Assembly: GCA_963758635.1 (NCBI GenBank)
Contig: CAVWWD010000004.1
Coordinates: 1-64,000 of the forward strand
DNA length: 64,000 nucleotides
Reading direction: 5' to 3'
DNA from: an uncultured Candidatus Rokubacteria bacterium
Lineage (GTDB): Bacteria; Methylomirabilota; Methylomirabilia; Rokubacteriales; CSP1-6
The position numbers were made by a program, and so were the translations under genes. This document shows, piece by piece, positions 33,457 through 43,137 of the stretch (its first letter is position 1; every line of letters starts with the position of its first letter). The notes beneath the pieces were generated by a model, which was not told the DNA's origin, ran no database searches, and saw only the letters and a program-made list of their open reading frames with translations.

Positions 33457-34665
33457 TCAACGATCCGAGGGCGGAAGCGGCCCGGGCGAGGCCGCGTCGT
33501 GCGCGTAGAGCCAGGCGATGGCCTCGATCGAGCGGTCGCCGCGCGTGGCCATCTCCTCGTCCCGCGCCCGCTGGGCGGCGCCGTCGGGGAGATGGAAGCG
33601 CGTCTTGTTGACGCGCGACAGCTCCTGCAGGCGCGTGGCGCGCGGGCGACGGAGCGCCTCGTAGCGGAGGAGCGCCGCGGGCTCGTCGCCCGGGCCGGCG
33701 GCGGAGAGGCACGCGGTGAGGGTGGCGCCGTCCTCGATGGCCTGCGCCGCGCCCTGGGCCATGAACGGCAGCATCGCGTGGCACGCGTCGCCCAGCAGCG
33801 TGACCCGGCCCATCGTCCAGCGCGGAAGCGGCTCGCGGTCGAAGAGCGCCCACACGTACGTCTCGTCCACCGCGGCGATGATCTCTCGCACCTGCGGATG
33901 CCAGCCGTCGAACGCGGCGAGCGCGTCGGCCACCTCCCCGCGATCCGTCCACGACTCGCGCATCCAGGTGTCGCGCTCGTTGACGCCCACGAAGTTCAGG
34001 AGCCGGCCTCCCGCCACGAAGTAGTGCACGAAGTGACCGTGCGGGCCCATCCAGTTGCTGGACACCACCTCCACGCCGAGGTGGGCGATCCGCTCGGCGG
34101 GGACGAGCCCGCGGTACGCGATACAGCCCGTGAAGCGCGGGTGCTCGGGACCGAAGAGCGCGGCGCGCACGGTGGAGTGGATCCCGTCGGCGCCGACGAG
34201 CACGCCGGCCACGGCGCGCGCGCCGTGCTCGAACGTGAGCTCGACGCGGTCGCCCCGGTCCCCGAAGCCGGCGAGCCGATGCCCGGCGTGGAGCCGCTCG
34301 GGCGGGAGCGCGTCGACCAGGGCCTGCAGGAGGTCCGCGCGATGGAAGTGGTAGTACGGCGCGCCGAAGGCCGCGGCGACCTCGGGTCCGAGCGGCGCGC
34401 GCTGGAGCGTGCGGCCGTCGTCCCAGCGGCGCTGGTGGACGGCCACGGGACGCACGCCGGCGCGGTCCAGAGCCTCGCCCAGCCCGAACCCGTGCAGGAG
34501 GCGCGAGGCGTTCGGGCTGATCTGGATGCCCGCGCCCACCTCCTTGAAGGCCGCGGCCTGCTCGAACACGTGCACGTCGAAGCCGGCGCGCAGGAGCGCG
34601 AGAGCGGCGGCGAGACCTCCGATGCCGCCGCCGACGATGGCGACGGAGCGATCGTGCGCAAGCAT
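33457..34665 (-). CDS. FAD-dependent monooxygenase (salicylate hydroxylase-like, class A)
   Basis: GGGIGG, EVGAGIQ, VGADGIHS, LLGDACHAMLPFMAQGAAQAIED. Confidence 0.9.
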   Translation of the reverse strand: MLAHDRSVAIVGGGIGGLAAALALLRAGFDVHVFEQAAAFKEVGAGIQISPNASRLLHGFGLGEALDRAGVRPVAVHQRRWDDGRTLQRAPLGPEVAAAFGAPYYHFHRADLLQALVDALPPERLHAGHRLAGFGDRGDRVELTFEHGARAVAGVLVGADGIHSTVRAALFGPEHPRFTGCIAYRGLVPAERIAHLGVEVVSSNWMGPHGHFVHYFVAGGRLLNFVGVNERDTWMRESWTDRGEVADALAAFDGWHPQVREIIAAVDETYVWALFDREPLPRWTMGRVTLLGDACHAMLPFMAQGAAQAIEDGATLTACLSAAGPGDEPAALLRYEALRRPRATRLQELSRVNKTRFHLPDGAAQRARDEEMATRGDRSIEAIAWLYAHDAASPGPLPPSDR

Positions 34666-34672
34666 GGCGGGG

Positions 34673-35136
34673 CTACGGGCCGACGAGGTCCGTGGTGTCG
34701 GCGACCGCGCCCCTCGCCGCGCCCGGAATGCACGCCGACCGGCCCCGTCCCGCGTCGCGCCGCTCGCCGCGCGGCGCGCCGGCTGCACGCTCCGGATCTG
34801 CCTGAGCCCGTCCTGGACGAGACCGAACACCACCATCCATCCCACGAAGCCAATGGCGAGGTGCCGCGCGTAGAGCGGTGAGGGCAGAGGGGCGTTCCAG
34901 ATCATGTGGAGCACCACCGGGATGCAGAAGGGCTTCAGGAAGCGCGGATCCACCAGCATCTTCACGCCGAGCGGGCGGTCGCCCTTGACCTTCCAGAGGG
35001 CGCCGGCGGCGATGGCCGTCCACGCCACGTGCCCGAACGGACTCAGGAACGCGCGGAGGTGGATCACGCCGGTGGCGGCGTCGAGCGTGCGCTCGCGCAT
35101 CAGCGTGTTGATCGATCCCGCCTCCCCTCGTGACAC
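34673..35136 (-). pseudogene. C-terminal fragment of a PrsW-family intramembrane protease
   Basis: LRAFLSPFGHVAWTA...LHMIWN transmembrane motifs; the N-terminal EE motif is absent. Confidence 0.6.
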
Positions 35137-35317
35137 CCCACGACACCGCGAGGTCGCGCGCCGCGGCGACCCTTCGCCGCCGGCGCATCGGAGCTTATTG
35201 CCGGGCTCGCCGTCGCGTCAAGGCGCGGGAGCCCCGCGTCACGGCGCCGGCCGTGGCGTCACGGCGCGGGCCGATCTGGTAGAGTGTCCGGCATCTCGAC
35301 CGACGCGAGGTGACGAC

Positions 35318-36484
35318 ATGGCGTTGAAGTTCGGGGTGTTCGACCACATCGAGCCGGTGCCGGGGCTGCGTCTGGACCGCATCTATCGCGAGCGTCTCGT
35401 CCAGATCGAGCGGCTCGACGCCCACGGCTTCTACGCCTACCACCTGGCCGAGCACCACACGCCGGCCATTCACAGCCTGGCCCCCTCCCAGAACGTGTTC
35501 CTGGCCAGCGTGGCCCAGCGCACGCGCCGGCTTCGCTTCGGCCCCTGCGTGTACGTGCTGCCGCTGCACCATCCGCTCCGCCTGATCGAAGAGATCAGCA
35601 TGCTCGACAACCTGAGCGACGGCCGGCTCGAGATCGGGGTGGGCCGCGGCGGCGTGATGGAGGCGTACTTCTGGGGGCAGGAGGCCGACCCCGAGACGAA
35701 CTACGCCCGCTACTGCGAGACCCTCGACATCCTCCGCGAGGGCCTGAGCCACGACCGGCTGAGCTACTCCGGTCGCTTCCACAGCTTCGAGGACCTGCCC
35801 ATGTACCTCGCGCCGCTCCAGAAGCCGTACCCGCCGCTCTGGTACATGCGCAACGCGGTGACCGCGGCGATGGAGGGCATGCACACCATCCTGGTCGGCT
35901 CGCTCGACAGCCTGAAGGCCGAGGTCCCGCGGTATCACGCCGCCTGGCAGGAGCACCAGGGGACGGGCGCGCTCACCGTGCAGGGCGAGGAGCCGATGAT
36001 CGGCCTCGTCGTCCACCTGGTGGTGGCGGAGTCCGACGACGAGGCCATCCGGCTGGCCACGCCGGCCTGGGAGAAGTACCGCTGGAACCTGGCCGCGCCG
36101 CGCCGGCTCGAGGCCGAGCGCCGCGGGCTCACCCAGTTCATGCAGACCAAGGACGGATCGTTCGGCTTCGTCGGCGAACGCCCCGCGGGCCTGCCCGCCC
36201 GCGAGATGCGCCGCGACATCAGCGCGGAGATCGAGCGCTTCGACCACCAGGCCCGGCGCGAGCACCCGAATCGGCTCGGCGGGGTGGCGCTTGCCGGCTC
36301 GCCCACCGCGGTGCGCGAGTACATGGACGAGTACCTCGCCACGGGCGCGAACTACTTCGTGTGCTCCTTCCAGTGGGGCGACCTCGGGCACGACACGGCC
36401 ATGCGCTCGATCGAGCTGTTCGCCTCCGAGGTGATGCCGCACTACGCGGCCCGCCCGGAAACGGGCGCGCCCGTCACACGCTGA
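35318..36484 (+). CDS. LLM-class flavin-dependent oxidoreductase
   Basis: MALKFGVFD, AEHH, HPLRLIEEISMLDNLSDGRLEIGVGRG, FASEVMP. Confidence 0.9.
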   Translation: MALKFGVFDHIEPVPGLRLDRIYRERLVQIERLDAHGFYAYHLAEHHTPAIHSLAPSQNVFLASVAQRTRRLRFGPCVYVLPLHHPLRLIEEISMLDNLSDGRLEIGVGRGGVMEAYFWGQEADPETNYARYCETLDILREGLSHDRLSYSGRFHSFEDLPMYLAPLQKPYPPLWYMRNAVTAAMEGMHTILVGSLDSLKAEVPRYHAAWQEHQGTGALTVQGEEPMIGLVVHLVVAESDDEAIRLATPAWEKYRWNLAAPRRLEAERRGLTQFMQTKDGSFGFVGERPAGLPAREMRRDISAEIERFDHQARREHPNRLGGVALAGSPTAVREYMDEYLATGANYFVCSFQWGDLGHDTAMRSIELFASEVMPHYAARPETGAPVTR

Positions 36485-37620
36485 AGCGGAGTCCCCGCCG
36501 GAAGAGCGGCCACGCCAGGAGCGTCCACACCAGGCACGTTGCCGGCCGCCCAGGCCAGCGAGGCCAGCGCGGGCGACGGGAACCCGCCGGCGACGGCGTC
36601 GAAGAGCACGGCCTGGAGCGGACGCGGGCGCCCGGCGTCCATCACCTTGGTGACCACGAGCATCCGCGCGGCGAGCGTCGAGAGGAAGAAGATCCCGAGC
36701 GCGTTCACGCCGAGCGCGGCGAGGGGCGGCGTCCACCAGCGCGAGCCGCGCACCTCGATCACCCAGTAGCAGGCGGCCAGCGCGATCAGCGCCGCGCCCG
36801 CCGTGAACAGCACGTAGGACCCGGTCCACAGCGACTTGTTGATCGGGTGCGAGAGGCCCCAGGCGAGGCCGAGGACGCCGCTCGCGACGCCGGCGCCCGC
36901 GAGCCCCGCCATCATCCGGCCGGCCGACCCCGCGCCGCGCATCCACTGCCCGGCGAGGGCGCCGGCGAGCGTGGTGGCGATCGCCGGCACCGTGCTCAGG
37001 ATGCCCTCGGGGTCGTAGACCCGCCCCACGCGCCAGATGTGCGGCCCGAGCACCGTCCGGTCGATCCACGCCGCGAGGTTGCCTTCCTTCCCCAGGTCGC
37101 CCGCGCCGAACCCCGGCACCGGCACCAGCGTGAGCGCGGCCCAGTAGCCGGCGAGCGCGGCGCACGCCACCACGAGCTGACCGCGCCAGCCCGCCCGGAG
37201 GAAGACGAGCGCGGCGGCCAGGTAGCAGACGGCGATCCGCTGGAGCACCCCGGGGATGCGGATCGTCGAGAAGTCGAACGACGGGATGGCGTGCAGCAAG
37301 AGGCCCAGCGCGAAGATCACCGTGGCCCGCCGGAGCGCGCGCGCCGCGAGGGTCGAGCGCGCCTCGCCCGCCTCGCGGCGCCGGCCCAGCGCGAAGGCGA
37401 TCGACACGCCGACGATGAACAGGAAGAAGGGGAAGACCAGGTCCGTGGGCGTCCAGCCGTGCCAGTCGGCGTGCTGGAGCGGCGGATACACGTGCCGCCA
37501 CGAGCCCGGGTTGTTCACCAGCACCATGCCCGCGACGGTGGCGCCGCGGAAGACGTCGAGTGACAGGAGCCGCGGGGCGGCCGGGGCGCTCCGACCCGCT
37601 TCGCCTCCGGCCGTCACCAC
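36442..37620 (-). CDS. HGSNAT-like membrane acyltransferase (C-terminus probably frameshifted)
   Basis: RLLSLDVFRG, VNNPG, HADWHG.TPTDLVFPFF, PGVLQRIA, DPEGILST, PINKSLWT. Confidence 0.85.
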   Translation of the reverse strand: MVTAGGEAGRSAPAAPRLLSLDVFRGATVAGMVLVNNPGSWRHVYPPLQHADWHGWTPTDLVFPFFLFIVGVSIAFALGRRREAGEARSTLAARALRRATVIFALGLLLHAIPSFDFSTIRIPGVLQRIAVCYLAAALVFLRAGWRGQLVVACAALAGYWAALTLVPVPGFGAGDLGKEGNLAAWIDRTVLGPHIWRVGRVYDPEGILSTVPAIATTLAGALAGQWMRGAGSAGRMMAGLAGAGVASGVLGLAWGLSHPINKSLWTGSYVLFTAGAALIALAACYWVIEVRGSRWWTPPLAALGVNALGIFFLSTLAARMLVVTKVMDAGRPRPLQAVLFDAVAGGFPSPALASLAWAAGNVPGVDAPGVAALPAGTPLQRVTGAPVSGRAA

Positions 37621-37642
37621 CGGCGCCCGGCTCCCGGCGCGC

Positions 37643-38689
37643 TCAGGTCGTCGGGCGCGTCCCGGCGAGGTCGGCCATCAGCTCGACGGCCTCCGCCTGC
37701 TGCGTGGAGACCGACATGCCGGTGATGCCGCAGTCGGCCCACGCGCGGTAGCGCTCGCGGATGCGCGCGGCCGGCCCGACCAGCGCGCCCTCGTCCACGA
37801 ACTCGTCGGGCACCGCGGCGACCGCCTCGTCCTTCCGGCCCGCGAGGTAGAGCTCCTGGATGCGCGCGGCGGCGTCGCCGTAGCCGCGCTCGACCATCAT
37901 GTCGTTGTGGAAGTTCTTCGACCGGTGGCCCATGCCGCCCACGTAGAGCGCCACGCGCGGCTTGAGCGAGGCCAGCGCGCCGCGCACGTCGTCGGTGATC
38001 ATCACGGCCACGCCGGGCTGGATCTCGAGGTCGCGGATCGACTTGCCGCCGCCCGCGCGCCGGAGGCCCTCGTCGAGCAGCGGCCGGAGCTTCGGCATCC
38101 GGGCGGGGGTGAACCCGAGCGGCAGCCAGCCGTCCGCGACCTGCGCGGTCAGCCGGATGTTGGCCGGCGTGCCGGTCCCGAGCCAGATCGGGATGTTCGG
38201 GCCCATGTGCAGGATGGAAGTCAGCGGCTTGCCGAGCCCGGTGGCGCCCGGCCCGGAGTAGGGGAGCGAGATCTCCTGGCCCTCGTGGCTCACCGGGCCC
38301 TTGCGCTCGAAGATCTTCCGCATGATCGCCACGTAGTCGTGGAGCCGCCAGTGCGGCCGGCCCCACGGCTGCCCGTACCAGCCCTCGACGATCTGCGGCC
38401 CGGAGACGCCGAGGCCGGCGATGGCGCGGCCGCCACCGGCGAGCGCGTCCAGCGTGCCGATGGCCATGGCCGCGGCCGCCGGCGTGCGCGCGGCGAGCTG
38501 CATGATGCCCGTGCCGAGGCGGATGCGCGTGGTCCGCGCGGCCAGGTAGGCGAGCGGCGTGATCGCGTCCGACCCGTAGGCCTCCGCCGTCCACACGGAG
38601 TCGTAGCCGAGCCGCTCCGCGAGCAGGACGCGTTCCAGCGGCAGGCGCATCTGCGCGCCCGAGTAGCCGATGCTGAGACCGAGCTTCAT
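37643..38689 (-). CDS. LLM-class F420-type oxidoreductase
   Basis: AERLGYDSVWTAEAYGSDA, ARTPA, GLGVSGPQIVEGWYG, LYLAGRKDEA. Confidence 0.9.
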   Translation of the reverse strand: MKLGLSIGYSGAQMRLPLERVLLAERLGYDSVWTAEAYGSDAITPLAYLAARTTRIRLGTGIMQLAARTPAAAAMAIGTLDALAGGGRAIAGLGVSGPQIVEGWYGQPWGRPHWRLHDYVAIMRKIFERKGPVSHEGQEISLPYSGPGATGLGKPLTSILHMGPNIPIWLGTGTPANIRLTAQVADGWLPLGFTPARMPKLRPLLDEGLRRAGGGKSIRDLEIQPGVAVMITDDVRGALASLKPRVALYVGGMGHRSKNFHNDMMVERGYGDAAARIQELYLAGRKDEAVAAVPDEFVDEGALVGPAARIRERYRAWADCGITGMSVSTQQAEAVELMADLAGTRPTT

Positions 38690-38747
38690 CGTTGTCTCCT
38701 TTTCCGTGTCCTGGTGTCGAACGTGATGTGCGGCGTCAAGTCGGCGC

Positions 38748-38820
38748 CTATCTGTAGGCGTCGCTCCGGTGTCGTACGATCCCGGATGTCGACAACGCGC
38801 GCATTGTCGTCGTCAGCCAC
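38748..38820 (-). pseudogene. Internally deleted RelE/ParE-like toxin remnant
   Basis: GTG start (VAD) runs into DDNARVVDI and, after one frameshift, IVRHRSDAYR*, a RelE-type C-terminus. Confidence 0.55.
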
Positions 38821-39006
38821 GCCGCCGCCGGCGTCCGAGCACACGCCGCTTCACCGCCTCTAGGCGCTCGCGGGGCTCAGAGGCTCGCTGCTCGGCCAGA
38901 GCGCGATCGTAAAAGTCTTCCCAGAGCCGCGCCTGCTCTTGAGATCGATCTGGACCGCAGTCTTGCGGCCAGTGCCATCCACGAGAAACCGGACCCCTCG
39001 AACCAT
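38813..39006 (-). CDS. Small putative antitoxin (one frameshift)
   Basis: MVRGVRFLVDGTGRKTAVQIDLK / QARLWEDFYDRALAEQRASEPRERLEAVKRR; overlaps the RelE remnant. Confidence 0.6.
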
Positions 39007-39372
39007 GCTCTAGGCCTCCCTGCTTCGACGCTGAATGCGCACGTTCACCTACGACGGACCGAGTGACCGAAGGGAACGAGGCTCAGAGTCAGGTGCGAAC
39101 GACCTCGTTCGGCCGGCGAATTGAGGCATGGTCGATCGAGCCCGTGGAAGTTGGGCGGGTGTTGCGATCTCCTGGATCGTCTCGCACCGGTAACGCGGAT
39201 CCTGCGTCCGTGTGCTCGCCGTCGTCCCAGGTATGTCTCACCGCGAGGCATTTGATGAAGATTTCCATCACTGGCTCGCAGCCTAACGTTCAGGCCTTTG
39301 TCCGTCGTGCGTCGAGCATGGCGGATGAAACCAGTTGTACGTAAACCCGTCGCTGCATGGCGTACGAGGATT

Positions 39373-39625
39373 CTACATGCAGCAGCCGCAGATATGGATG
39401 GTCATCCGGTCGACGTCGAGATCGGCCACCTTGAGGGCGACGAGCCGCTGACGCGGCGGCCGGCAGCGCAGGTGGTGGCGAGCACGAGTGATCGCGGGGA
39501 TGGGAGCAGCGTTGGGCAGGCGCCAGACTTCCTCCCGACGCAGGATGTCCGGCAGCTTCGGCTGCTTGGGCGCCGGGACGTGGAACGCGTCTTCTCGCGC
39601 CCGAGCGTCACGTGGTAGACCGCCG
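39373..39625 (-). pseudogene. Tyrosine recombinase fragment
   Basis: YHVTLGR, FHVPAPKQPKLPDILRREEVWRL, LVALKVADLDVDRMTIHI across frames. Confidence 0.65.
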
Positions 39626-39836
39626 TTGCAGCATATCCGGCCGCATGTACCTGGGACGTAGCAAAGCGGCTCAGCATCCAGGCCGGCCGGGGCGCGCACG
39701 GTGACGGGCCGAGATTGAGAACGTGCGTGCGAATCATCCAGATCAGGCGCTTCTGGGCGCCCGCGCGCGAGGCGTCGTCGAGCTCGCCCGACTCCGGGCG
39801 CGCGGCGCGCCTGGCTCGCGGGCGATGGCGCACCCG

Positions 39837-39866
39837 TTGACACGCGGCGGGCGCGGCCCGTACCCT
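39837..39866 (+). promoter_or_regulatory. Sigma70-type promoter
   Basis: TTGACA-18 bp-TACCCT ending 8 bp before the ATG at 39875. Confidence 0.5.
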
Positions 39867-39874
39867 TGGGGCCC

Positions 39875-41121
39875 ATGAAGATCAGCGCGTTCCACCTCAT
39901 GCCGCATCGCGAGCTGCCGGCCGACTTCGAGAAGCGCTACGAGTCCGTGTGGGTCACGCCACCGTGGTGGGAGCTGGCCGACGCGCGCCGGGTGGGCCAG
40001 TACTACAACTGGACGCTCGACGAGCTGCTCCACGCCGCGCACAGCGGGTTCGACGGCGTCTGCACCAACGAGCACCACCAGAACGCGTACGGGTTCATGC
40101 CGAGCCCGAACCTCATGGGCAGCGTGCTCGCCAAGGCCACCAACGGCATGCCGGTGGCCATCGTGCAGATGGGCGCGACCCTGCCGACCTCGAACCCGCC
40201 GATCCGCGTGGCCGAGGAATACGCCATGCTCGACTGCATCAGCGGCGGCCGTCTCGTGGCCGGCCTGCCGCTCGGCAGCCCCATGGACGTGAACCTCTGC
40301 TACGGCATCACGCCGATGGAGCACCGCGAGCGCTATCGCGAGGCGTTCGCGCTCACGCTCAAGGCGTGGCAGGCGCGCGAGATCTTCACGTGGAACGGCC
40401 GCTACCAGCAGCTCGCCACCGTGAACCTCTGGCCGCGGCCCGTGCAGCAGCCGCACCCGCCGGTGTGGGTGCCGGGCTCCGGCAGCATCAGCACCTTCGA
40501 CTTCGCGGTGGACCACGACGTCTGCTACTGCTTCCTGAGCTACTCCGGCGCGCGGTCGGCCAAGTCGATGATGGACGCGTACTGGGACGTGGTGGCGCGC
40601 AAGGGGCGGGAGACGAATCCGTACCGCGCGGGCTTCCTCCAGCTCGTGGCCGTATCGGAGACCGACGCGCAGGCCGAGAAGGACTACGCGTCGCACGTCG
40701 AGTACTTCTACCACAAGTGCCTGCACGTGCCGGCGCCGTGGTTCTCGCCGCCCGGCAACCAGGACTACCGGAGCCTCGTCGCCAGCATGAAGAACCCGGT
40801 GCGGCGGCCCGAGAACCCCAAGGAGCTCCGCTACCGCGACTTCGTGGACAAGGGCTACGTCATCGCGGGAGCCCCGCCACCGTGCGCGAGCGGCTCGAGC
40901 ACGAGGTGGTCCGGAGCCTCAACGTCGGCAACCTGATGCTGCTGATCCAGATCGGCTCCATGCCGCACGAGCTCGCCCTGAAGAACACCACACTCCTCGG
41001 GCAGGAGGTGCTGCCGCATCTCCGCGGGATCTGGGAGGACGAGGGCTGGGTGAACCACTGGTGGCCGGAGAGCCTGCGCACGCGTCAGGCCACGCCGGAG
41101 CCGGTGGGCGCGCGCGCCTGA
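39875..41121 (+). CDS. LLM-class flavin-dependent oxidoreductase (frameshift near 40870)
   Basis: GFDGVCTNEHHQ, PIRVAEEYAMLD.ISGGRL, PVQQPHPPVW, GSPATVRE. Confidence 0.9.
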
Positions 41122-41144
41122 CCGGAGTCGTCCCATCGACGCGC

Positions 41145-41927
41145 GCGAGCAGGTCGTTCCCGTCTGGCGGGGCCAGGTCCGCCTGCGGGTCCTCTCGAAA
41201 GGCAGCGGCCCCGACGTGGTCTTCTTCCACGGCCCGTGGGGCCTCCGCTGGGATCCGTTCCTCGACGCCCTCGCCCGGAGCTTCACCGTCCACGCGCCCG
41301 AGCACCCGGGGACGAGCCCGGGCCAGCCTGGCGACATCGGGCACCTCGACGGCCTGTGGGATCTCGTCCTCTGCTACCAGGAGATGCTCGACGGGCTCGG
41401 CCTCCAGCGCGCCGCCCTCGTCGGCCATTCCTTCGGCGGCATGGTCGCGTGCGAGCTGGCCGCCGCCTACCCCGACCGCGTCAGCCGCCTGGCCCTCGTG
41501 GACGCGCTCGGGCTCTGGCGCGACGACGCCCCGATCACGAACTGGGCGCTCTTCGGCCTCGACCAGATCCCGGGCATGGTCTTCCGTGACGGCAAGGGAG
41601 AGGCCGCGGGCCAGCTCTTCGGGTCGGCGCCGGACGGCGAGGCGCGGGTCATGGAGCGCGTGCAGGTGATGTGGGCGATGGGCGCCACCGGGAAGTTCAT
41701 CTGGCCCATCCCCGACAAGGGCCTGGAAAGCGCATCCACCGCGTCAAGGCGCCCGCGCTGATTGTGTGGGGGAAGGACGACCGCCTCGTCCCGCCGCTCT
41801 ACGCCGACGAGTTCGCCAGCCGGCTGCCGGCGCCCGCGTGGAGACGGTGGCGGGCGCCGGCCACGCGCCGCACCTCGAGCAGCCGGACGCGGTGGCCGGG
41901 CTGATCCGGGACTTCCTCAGCCGCTGA
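41145..41927 (+). CDS. Alpha/beta hydrolase (start uncertain, frameshifts)
   Basis: FFHG, GHSFGG nucleophile elbow, WGKDD, AGHAPHLEQP. Confidence 0.85.
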
Positions 41928-42180
41928 CCGCGCCGCTCCGCCCGGAGAGGCGCCGCCGCACGACGTACCGTCACACGACGCTCCATGCCAGGATCGCGGC
42001 GAGGGTCGCGCGCGTGCCTGACATCGTCCCGCGCCAGAGCACCCGCGAGAGGGACTCGGTGGCAGTGCGAGGCGAGCCCGAAGGGCGAGGTGAGCGTATA
42101 TGGGGATGCAGTGGAAGCGACCGCAGCGCCATCGGAAGCGCGTAGAAGGGAATGTGGCAGCAACCGAAGCGCCCAGGGTA

Positions 42181-42209
42181 TTGACAAGCCCCCGGCCCCG
42201 GCGTAGCGT
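42181..42209 (+). promoter_or_regulatory. Sigma70-type promoter for the ABC/ligase operon
   Basis: TTGACA-17 bp-TAGCGT. Confidence 0.6.
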
Positions 42210-42360
42210 CCGCTCACTCGTGCAGTGATCCGTCCGGCCCTGCGGGGGGAACATGCCCTGGATCGGGTTTCTGGATCGCTCCCCGTCCCTGTTTCCGGTC
42301 CCCGCGGCCGCCGCCGGCGCGCCGCGCCCTGTCCCGCGCCGCCCCCGCGGCCCTGACCCG

Positions 42361-43137
42361 ATGGCGCTGCTCGCCCTCGAGGATCTGCACCTCCATTTCG
42401 GTGGCGTCGCGGCCCTCGGCGGGGTGAGCCTCGAGGTCCAGCCCCACCAGTTCTTCGCCATCATCGGCCCGAACGGCGCGGGCAAGACCAGCATCTTCAA
42501 CTGCATCAGCGGCATCTACGCGCCGACGCGCGGGCGCATCCGCTTCGACGGGCGGGACATCACCGCGCTGCCGCCGCATCGCCGCGCCCAGCTCCGGATC
42601 GCGCGGACGTTCCAGAACATCGCGCTGTTCAAGGGCATGACCGTGCTCGACAACGTGAAGATCGGCCGGCACATCCACCTGCGCGCCGGCCTCCTCGCGT
42701 GCGGGCTCTACTGGGGCAAGGCCGCGCGTGAGGAGCTGGCGCACCGCGCGGCCATCGAGCGCGACATCATCGACCTCCTCGAGCTGCAGGACATCCGCCA
42801 CAAGATCGTGGGCACCCTGCCGTACGGGCTCCAGAAGCGCGTGGAGCTGGCGCGCGCCCTCGCGCTCGATCCCGTGGTGCTCCTCCTCGACGAGCCCACC
42901 GCGGGCATGAACGCCGAGGAGACCGAAGACATGGTGCGCTTCGTGCGCTACGTCACGAAGGTGAAGAAGCTCACCGTGGTGATGATCGAGCACGACATGG
43001 GCGTGGTGATGGACATCTCCGACCGCGTGGCCGTGCTCGACTTCGGGCAGAAGATCGCCGAGGGCACGCCGGCGGAGGTGCAGCGCGACCCCGTGGTGGT
43101 GAAGGCCTACCTCGGCGAGGACTTCGAGGTCGCGTGA
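42361..43137 (+). CDS. Liv-type ABC ATP-binding protein (LivG-like)
   Basis: GPNGAGKT, RTFQN, LLLDEP, IEHDM. Confidence 0.9.
   Translation: MALLALEDLHLHFGGVAALGGVSLEVQPHQFFAIIGPNGAGKTSIFNCISGIYAPTRGRIRFDGRDITALPPHRRAQLRIARTFQNIALFKGMTVLDNVKIGRHIHLRAGLLACGLYWGKAAREELAHRAAIERDIIDLLELQDIRHKIVGTLPYGLQKRVELARALALDPVVLLLDEPTAGMNAEETEDMVRFVRYVTKVKKLTVVMIEHDMGVVMDISDRVAVLDFGQKIAEGTPAEVQRDPVVVKAYLGEDFEVA

Noticed and set aside
39279..39345. GCCTAAC after a stop codon, resembling an integron attC core near the integrase fragment
   Set aside because: No convincing complementary GTTRRRY or paired inner boxes, and no cassette array
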